Source: a virus. Taken from it: 64,000 bases of DNA. Numbering within the stretch: position 1 is the first letter of the stretch; each line of letters opens with the position of its first letter. The DNA is taken from positions 32,001 to 96,000 of the IMG/VR virus record IMGVR_UViG_3300023179_000042. One strand, 5' to 3'. Both the position numbers and the translations under genes were made by a program. Shown piece after piece: positions 58,014-64,000 of this stretch. Under the pieces are notes generated by a model. That model ran no database searches and was not told the origin of the DNA. It saw only the letters and a program-made list of their open reading frames with translations.

Positions 58014-58996
58014 AGAACATACCTTGCGTTAAGTGGTTCGGCATAACTTTGAACCTGTTCGCTAATTTTCTGTAGGTCGTACTCGGCACAGAATTTTAGC
58101 AGTCGAATGCCAACCTGTGGAATATTTTTTTCCGCCGTTGTAGCATCTTTAATTGTATCATTAATTATCTGTTTGATATTCTCAGGCTGTGCTGTTAAAT
58201 CACAAAGAACTACATTTCTCTGATAGTCGTCAAGCACACGATGTTCTACACCGTTATGGTCAATCCAACGCTGCAACATCATGTTATTCCAATTGTACCC
58301 TTTGCTGTTTCGGTCGGCAAATGCCTCACGGAGACCAATTTTATTCTTTGTGCCTTTTTCGCGTACTCCCGGATAAGCACTAAAGATATTGTCAGAGGTG
58401 TCGCCACGCATACACTTTTCAAATAGCGACCATTCTGGATCCGGAGCCCCTTTTGCTTCTCCAGTTTTCTTATCAACGACAGGTTTACCCTTGGCATCAA
58501 AATATCCTTCGTGTGTGGTTGTGATTTCCATTACACCATTATATTGTTTTACATTAGGAGCGATTAATTGGGCAAAATCTCCATCAGTTGAGATAATAAT
58601 GTGATTGTCATTTGGATGACTTTGAATCCAGCCGGCAATCAAATCATCTGCTTCAAGCTGAGGATGATGTAGTACAGTTGAATTAGTTTTGTTAGTAATA
58701 AAGTCTTTAAACTCGTCAAAGGTTTCCCAGAATACACGATCCTCTTCGGCTTCTCGGGGACTTTGTGCGGCACGAGCTTCACTACGCTGACGCTTATAAG
58801 GTTCGTAGATATCTTTACGCCACGAGCGACCTTCTAAGCAGAATACAACATGGTTGCCATTGAAGTCGCGCCAGGCCTTGCGTACACTTCCTAAAATAGT
58901 ATGAATACTCATTCCTACTTTATCTTCAGTACTACCGCGGATTACATGCCGGGCGCGGAAAAAAGTATTAGCAGTATCTACTAGGATATAATTCAT
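58010..58996 (-). CDS. rnh: RNase H / 5'-3' exonuclease (T4 rnh, FEN family)
   Basis: ILVD, SWRK...YK, LEADDLIA, ISTDGDF.QL and GDTSDNI motifs. Confidence 0.9.
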   Translation of the reverse strand: MNYILVDTANTFFRARHVIRGSTEDKVGMSIHTILGSVRKAWRDFNGNHVVFCLEGRSWRKDIYEPYKRQRSEARAAQSPREAEEDRVFWETFDEFKDFITNKTNSTVLHHPQLEADDLIAGWIQSHPNDNHIIISTDGDFAQLIAPNVKQYNGVMEITTTHEGYFDAKGKPVVDKKTGEAKGAPDPEWSLFEKCMRGDTSDNIFSAYPGVREKGTKNKIGLREAFADRNSKGYNWNNMMLQRWIDHNGVEHRVLDDYQRNVVLCDLTAQPENIKQIINDTIKDATTAEKNIPQVGIRLLKFCAEYDLQKISEQVQSYAEPLNARYVL

Positions 58997-59028
58997 TTAA
59001 GATTAACTTTCGATGTTTGGAATGTTTT

Positions 59029-59058
59029 ATTATAGCATAACAATAGGCGGGCTGTCAG
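59029..59058 (-). promoter_or_regulatory. Extended -10 sigma70-type promoter for rnh
   Basis: CTGACA-N18-TATAAT with TGn immediately upstream of the -10. Confidence 0.6.
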
Positions 59059-59090
59059 CACTAATTTTTACCAATCTGGTTAAGTATCAT

Positions 59091-59537
59091 TTAACTTACT
59101 TCGGTCCGCCCGTCATCACGCAGTGCTCGATTAACATAGCCTGCTCCTCTGCGGCTCATGTCAACTCCTTCTTCGGTACCTAAATTACGACATAATTCGT
59201 TAAACCATTGATCCACAATTTCTTCATCGGATCCTCCGGTATATCCAGCACTTCGAAGTTGAAGAATAAAATACTCGTTCCAATCTAATTCAAAAAAACC
59301 GTTACGAACATTTTCTTTATTAACATGAGTTTCAAGAACAGCCACCCAGGGCTCTTTCTTTTCAGTGGCCAGTTCTTTAGGTGTAAGTTTAGCGACACGC
59401 TCTGATTCTTTTGCCAAGGCCGCTGCTTCAGCGGCCGCTGCCGCTTGCTGAGTTGCTTCGGCAGCTTCTTTTAATGCGGCCTCAGTTTTGGCCTTAATTT
59501 TATCAATGCCGAGTAGCTTTTCAATAAATTTATTCAT
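59091..59537 (-). CDS. Hypothetical protein, ~148 aa
   Basis: Likely start MNKFIEK coupled to the queE stop; NGFFELDWN motif. Confidence 0.7.
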   Translation of the reverse strand: MNKFIEKLLGIDKIKAKTEAALKEAAEATQQAAAAAEAAALAKESERVAKLTPKELATEKKEPWVAVLETHVNKENVRNGFFELDWNEYFILQLRSAGYTGGSDEEIVDQWFNELCRNLGTEEGVDMSRRGAGYVNRALRDDGRTEVS

Positions 59538-60385
59538 TAGGTCCCCCACTCGTTCTTAAACAATGGCACTTGTAGTCTGTCGCTATAACGCCATCCTTTT
59601 TTCATTGCTAGTAAGGCTACATTGCGATTATTCAATGAATAGACGCTTTCAACTCCGCCGACCGGCATCAGATAAACGGGACCTTTAAATCCAGCTTCTC
59701 TATATTCTTTAACTGCCTGTTCGGCATCTTGTAGGTCTTGTTCATTGGTTATAACAAACTTTAAATAAACATAACCAAAGTTTTCATAATCAACAACCAC
59801 AGCAGGTTTAATAGCATCTTTCCAAGGTTCGCCGCTAACAGGTAATTTAGCACTTACACTAAAAGTAATTTCTCTGTCAAAATGCTCATGTTTCCAGCGA
59901 CTTAGATATTCTTTAAAGTCTTTGGTAAGACGCATTGTACCATTTGTTTCAAAGGTAATTTCTTTAAGACCATTCATTTTAGGATTATCGATAAGATCTG
60001 GATACTGCTTTTGCCAACCTAATAGTGGTTCGCCGCCGGTGATTACCAAATGTTCGTCGCGCCATTCTTTGTACGGAAGCGTATCCATAATCGCGTCGGC
60101 AATTGAATCAGTAGATAGAAGGGGAGATAGATGCTTAAAGCGAGGATCCCAGCTAGCGTAACTATCACAGCCTGTACTAACCAAAGGAAGGGATTTGTAC
60201 TCGGTGTACTGAGTCGGGTCAATATTGTTTGCTTCTTCACTTAGTTCTCCTCTAGGCATTCCAAAGCCTTGACATTTAAAATTACATCCAAAAGTGCGAA
60301 GGAACACACTAGGCACGCCCATGTAGCGACCTTCTCCTTGAATGCTATAAAATAACTCTGCTACTTTAATTTTGCTTTTTACCAT
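59537..60385 (-). CDS. queE: 7-carboxy-7-deazaguanine synthase (radical SAM)
   Basis: ELFYSIQGEG, FLRTFGCNFKC...GCDS, VITGGEPLL, ETNGT, SAKL and YLMP motifs. Confidence 0.88.
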   Translation of the reverse strand: MVKSKIKVAELFYSIQGEGRYMGVPSVFLRTFGCNFKCQGFGMPRGELSEEANNIDPTQYTEYKSLPLVSTGCDSYASWDPRFKHLSPLLSTDSIADAIMDTLPYKEWRDEHLVITGGEPLLGWQKQYPDLIDNPKMNGLKEITFETNGTMRLTKDFKEYLSRWKHEHFDREITFSVSAKLPVSGEPWKDAIKPAVVVDYENFGYVYLKFVITNEQDLQDAEQAVKEYREAGFKGPVYLMPVGGVESVYSLNNRNVALLAMKKGWRYSDRLQVPLFKNEWGT

Positions 60386-60765
60386 TTTCTATAATTGCCT
60401 TTTCCGGGAATTACATTTCTAACACCGCCAATTGGATCTTCGACATCACCATCGTATCTAGGTATTAGGTGAATGTGCGGCCACTCAACGGTTTGTCCTG
60501 CTACCTTGCCATAGTTTAATCCAACATTGAACCCATCCCATTCGCCATTTTTTATCATTGTTTTGCCATATCGAACTGCGTCTTCAAATGCTTCACTTAA
60601 AATTCCTAAGGTGTTATATTTAGGCACAAACAATAAATGCCCAGGATTTACAGGATATTTGTCTCTATATACTACAACATGAAAGTCATCACGAACAACC
60701 TCTGTCCAGGGTGCTGTACTATCGTCGATGTGATCGGGCACATCCATAACTTTATTATCTCTCAT
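60379..60765 (-). CDS. HIT-family nucleotide hydrolase
   Basis: DKYPVNPGHLLFVPK and GFNVGLNYGKVAGQTVEWPHIHLIPR motifs. Confidence 0.9.
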   Translation of the reverse strand: MRDNKVMDVPDHIDDSTAPWTEVVRDDFHVVVYRDKYPVNPGHLLFVPKYNTLGILSEAFEDAVRYGKTMIKNGEWDGFNVGLNYGKVAGQTVEWPHIHLIPRYDGDVEDPIGGVRNVIPGKGNYRKW

Positions 60766-61223
60766 TTAATTTTTGCTCTTTCTTTTAGGTACACGTCATT
60801 ATGTATCCAATTGTTGTTAACTAAAAAACCCCATTCACGCTTTTGAGGCCCAGGCATAAACAGCGTCCAGCAATCTACACCTTCACAAAGTTCGATACGA
60901 TGATAAGAAGTAGCATGACATACACGGAAATGACCAGGGCCACGCCACATTCTTTCTTCACCAATCTTTTGCCCGAGGCCGTTAAATTTTGCCACCCATT
61001 CATAATATCCGCCCTTTAAAATTAAAGTAGCGTAAGGCCATGGATGATCATGCACATCATCGGGGTCTGACTTAAGGAACTTGTGAAGAAACACATTGAA
61101 GGGGAAACGCTTTCTATCTTTAAGAAACAGGTAGTAGCGTTCAAGGTATGGTTCATTGCTCTGTCTATCTAAAACAATTCGTTTACGGCCGATTCGTTCA
61201 AGCCATGTTAGAAACCATTTCAT
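60762..61223 (-). CDS. Cupin-like protein
   Basis: HDHPW...ILKGGYYE...YHRI, an HxH...E...H metal-binding pattern. Confidence 0.6.
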   Translation of the reverse strand: MKWFLTWLERIGRKRIVLDRQSNEPYLERYYLFLKDRKRFPFNVFLHKFLKSDPDDVHDHPWPYATLILKGGYYEWVAKFNGLGQKIGEERMWRGPGHFRVCHATSYHRIELCEGVDCWTLFMPGPQKREWGFLVNNNWIHNDVYLKERAKIK

Positions 61224-62187
61224 GTTTTTTCATCCAATCGTATGTTGTTTCTACAATTTTTAATAGAGTGCTGTTTAGAGGAGTCCATCCAGCATCTCTG
61301 ATAAAATCAGTAGGGTCTGCTACAAGTTCGGCCGGATCTCCAACTCTCTGTGGTCCAAAGATAATTTTAGTATGCTGTTTGGTCACAGCCTTTACAGCAG
61401 CCACAATTTCAAGATTAGAAAATCCTCGACCTGTACCAAGATTATATGATCTAAATGTACCTTTGTCAAATGTATTTGCCAAAACAACAGCTTTAACATG
61501 AGCATCAGCTATGTCTGATACATGGAGATAATCTCTGATACAAGTTCCATCTCTTGTTTTGAAATCGTTACCGTTTATAGTGATTGGTGTATTTTCTAAA
61601 ATACTTTGTACAACTCTTGGAACTAAATGTGTATCATTCCATAAATTGCCTAATTTTCCATCTAAATCGCAACCGCAGGCATTGAAGTATCTAAGTGCTA
61701 TAGATTTAAAACCATGGGCACGAGAATGATCGTTAATAATTTGTTCGCAGATTTTCTTACTATGTCCGTACGGACTAACAGGAATACCAGATGCTGCTTC
61801 TTTGATAGGCAATGTACAATTATTTCCGTACACAGCAGCACTACTACTAAAAATAATATTGCCCTGCCAACCCAGTTTGGCAAGATCGTCTAGCATTATA
61901 TTTGTTCGAGCGCAGTTGTTATTGTAGTACTCGCCGGGGTCAGCCATGCTAGGTCCTACAAGGCTTGTTCCAGCTATGTGTACAATATTTTTACTTTTAT
62001 TTTCTTTAACTATTTTAGGAACAATGGTAAAGTCGTCTATAATGAGCTGATCAATAAATTGAGCAGACTCGGGGATAGTCATTTCTCTATCTACACCGAT
62101 AACTGTATAGCCTAAAGAATGAAAGGCTTTAGCGGTTTGTCCTCCGATAAAGCCCATAGCGCCTGTAATAATAACCGATTTAGACAT
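61198..62187 (-). CDS. galE: UDP-glucose 4-epimerase (extended SDR)
   Basis: TGAMGFIG, FSSSAAVYG, YGHSK, LRYFNACG and DGTCIRDYLHVSDIADAH motifs. Confidence 0.9.
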   Translation of the reverse strand: MSKSVIITGAMGFIGGQTAKAFHSLGYTVIGVDREMTIPESAQFIDQLIIDDFTIVPKIVKENKSKNIVHIAGTSLVGPSMADPGEYYNNNCARTNIMLDDLAKLGWQGNIIFSSSAAVYGNNCTLPIKEAASGIPVSPYGHSKKICEQIINDHSRAHGFKSIALRYFNACGCDLDGKLGNLWNDTHLVPRVVQSILENTPITINGNDFKTRDGTCIRDYLHVSDIADAHVKAVVLANTFDKGTFRSYNLGTGRGFSNLEIVAAVKAVTKQHTKIIFGPQRVGDPAELVADPTDFIRDAGWTPLNSTLLKIVETTYDWMKKHEMVSNMA

Positions 62188-62458
62188 CTGTTTTCTTTTT
62201 AGATTTTTTGCTTTCTACACTTGCTATAGCTTCTCTTACATCTCGTTGTAATGCTCCCCGGTCGGATTCAAATTCTATGCGACCATCTTCAAATTCACGC
62301 CTAACACTGTGACTTCCGATTGTAAGTTTGGGCCATTCAGTTGATACTGATTTCTTTTTTGTCTTCTTGGGTTCGGTTTCACCTAGTGTTACTTCTGCCG
62401 CTAATTTAGATATTTCTGATATAATTTCTTTTTCAGTTTTCTTTTTTCTTGTTGCTAT
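62180..62458 (-). CDS. Unlisted 92-codon Lys-rich ORF with a non-canonical ATA start (or a decayed start codon)
   Basis: GAGG SD 7 nt before ATA GCA ACA AGA AAA AAG; the frame is open to TAA at 62180 and fills the guaC-galE gap; no in-frame ATG/GTG/TTG. Confidence 0.55.
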   Translation of the reverse strand: MATRKKKTEKEIISEISKLAAEVTLGETEPKKTKKKSVSTEWPKLTIGSHSVRREFEDGRIEFESDRGALQRDVREAIASVESKKSKKKTDV

Positions 62459-62462
62459 AATA

Positions 62463-63560
62463 TTACCTCACAAACACATCGTTAATTTGACGATTAACAC
62501 GAATGAATGTTGTACACTTGCTTAACTGCTTTAAAGTGGCAGCACCGACATAGGTACATGTACTGCGTAGTCCCCCTAAGATATCTAGTACAGTATTCTT
62601 TACAGGACCACGATATGGTACTTCAACAGTACGTCCTTCACTACTTCGATATTCAGCAACACCTCCGTGGTGTTTTTCCATAGCGGTGTCACTGCTCATA
62701 CCATAGAATTGAACAAATTGTTTTTTGTAGGCATAGAACTCATAAGTCCCAGCATTGTGATTTGAAATAAATTGCTCACCGTTTTCGTTAAAATATTTTG
62801 TGATTACTTTGCCACCGCCTTCATCATGCCCGGCCAACATGCCGCCTAGCATTACGAAGTCCGCACCAGCGCCGAAAGCCTTAGCAACATCACCAGGGCA
62901 AACACATCCACCGTCAGCAATAATATGAGCACCAAGACCGTGAGCGGCATCGGCACATTCAATAATTGCACTAAGCTGTGGGTAGCCCACACCAGTTTGG
63001 ATACGAGTAGTACAAACGCTACCAGGGCCGATGCCCACTTTAATAATATCTGCCCCACGGTAAATTAACTCCTGTGCCATATCTGCAGTGACAACATTTC
63101 CGGCAATAATAGTACAGTACGGAAATGACTTACGAACTCGCTGAACAAAATCACCGAAATGCTCACTATATCCGTTAGCAACATCAATGCAGATAAAATG
63201 AAGTTCAGGATAACCATCTAATATATTTTGTAACCTTTCGAAATCATCTTCGCTTGTACCTGTACTAACAGCCATATAGTTGCCACCAATGGCTTTAACT
63301 GTTTCTTCTAAATCAGTATATTCATAGTTTTTGGTAAGGCATGTGAACAGTCTATGATCGTATAACGCTCGAGACATTTCCAATGTCCCTACACCGTCCA
63401 TATTAGCAGCCATGATAGGAACACCAGTCCATTCCCAACCGCTATGCTTAAACTTGTATGTACGATTTAGATCAACATCTTTACGACTTGCTAATGTACT
63501 ACGCTTTGGGCGAATTAGTACATCTCGAAAATCAAGTTTAATTTCGTCTTCGATACGCAT
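62463..63560 (-). CDS. guaC: GMP reductase
   Basis: [24 protein letters not shown]-terminus, [32 protein letters not shown] and YRSSEG; no CBS domains. Confidence 0.93.
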   Translation of the reverse strand: MRIEDEIKLDFRDVLIRPKRSTLASRKDVDLNRTYKFKHSGWEWTGVPIMAANMDGVGTLEMSRALYDHRLFTCLTKNYEYTDLEETVKAIGGNYMAVSTGTSEDDFERLQNILDGYPELHFICIDVANGYSEHFGDFVQRVRKSFPYCTIIAGNVVTADMAQELIYRGADIIKVGIGPGSVCTTRIQTGVGYPQLSAIIECADAAHGLGAHIIADGGCVCPGDVAKAFGAGADFVMLGGMLAGHDEGGGKVITKYFNENGEQFISNHNAGTYEFYAYKKQFVQFYGMSSDTAMEKHHGGVAEYRSSEGRTVEVPYRGPVKNTVLDILGGLRSTCTYVGAATLKQLSKCTTFIRVNRQINDVFVR

Positions 63561-64000
63561 TAGTACTTACTCTCTTTGCTATACTTGCGATAGTCGGTGC
63601 TCATACGCCGCCACTGTTCGCCTTTGCCTTCCATAATATCGCAAATACGATCAATAGTTCCGTCTGTCCAGTCGCTAATATGTCCGACCTTGTTATGAGG
63701 TTCTTTTAATAAACGAATTAGTTTGTTTAAAGCATCTTTTATGCTCCAGGGAACATAGAGCCGTTCTGGATCATTGGAAAAGATTTCTGGGAAACTACGA
63801 TAAGCAGGATACAAGACATTACAACCCAAAGTGTCAGCCTCTGAAACAGTGTTAGAGACCCAATCCTGAAGGGCACAATTAAAAAGAACGCGAGTATCAT
63901 TGAGCAAAGAATAGTAGTCATTTTTACTTAGATCTTCGTAGATTGTCAGTTGTCCTAGGCTTTCTAACTTTCGTGTCCTTTCCATATAGCTGTTATTATT
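63560..64000 (-). CDS. Glycosyltransferase (GT-B-like), C-terminal part; 5' end lies outside the window
   Basis: [10 protein letters not shown]...[34 protein letters not shown] resembles the GT-B nucleotide-binding region. Confidence 0.6.
   Translation of the reverse strand, partial: NNNSYMERTRKLESLGQLTIYEDLSKNDYYSLLNDTRVLFNCALQDWVSNTVSEADTLGCNVLYPAYRSFPEIFSNDPERLYVPWSIKDALNKLIRLLKEPHNKVGHISDWTDGTIDRICDIMEGKGEQWRRMSTDYRKYSKESKY

Noticed and set aside
1-64000. Alternative genetic code (stop-codon reassignment) as in some large phages
   Set aside because: Conserved genes, including a 4581-aa ORF, translate full-length in code 11, and TGA is used as a normal stop (e.g. gp47, rnh).
1-64000. tRNA/rRNA genes, integrase or prophage boundaries
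   Set aside because: No cloverleaf or T-loop pattern seen in the few intergenic gaps, and no integrase or host housekeeping context. thyA, guaC, galE and queE sit in phage-style operons.

Overview
This is a 64-kb piece of an AT-rich, T4-related large (probably jumbo) myophage genome. The gene content resembles the RaK2/GAP32/Atu_ph07 type; that placement is inference and was not searched. From left to right it carries: (1) a minus-strand head module (major capsid gp23, scaffold gp22, protease gp21, an acidic core protein, portal gp20) with the probable tape measure; (2) a gp26/gp51-like pair joined by an apparent programmed -1 frameshift; (3) a ~420-nt structured non-coding element abutting a minimal GIY-YIG nuclease gene at the end of the gp55-gp47-gp46 string; (4) a 34-kb plus-strand baseplate/fibre block (gp53, hub, gp5 with a GH19 lysozyme, gp25, gp6, a 4581-aa protein, a collagen fibre with a type-1-copper-like domain, an S8 protease, four paralogous fibres); and (5) a minus-strand metabolic block (thyA, MoxR AAA+ with a VWA/HEXXH partner, RNase H, QueE, HIT, cupin, GalE, GMP reductase, glycosyltransferase). 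TAAATA late promoters, sigma70 promoters and UUCG terminators can be read directly. The best candidate for an undescribed system is the GIY-YIG nuclease plus the adjacent large pseudoknotted ncRNA, which carries two TGTGAC-N10-AGATGAT modules (12756-13609). I recognised no tRNA, rRNA, CRISPR array, intron or integrase. All calls come from motif recognition by eye; no database search or folding program was run.
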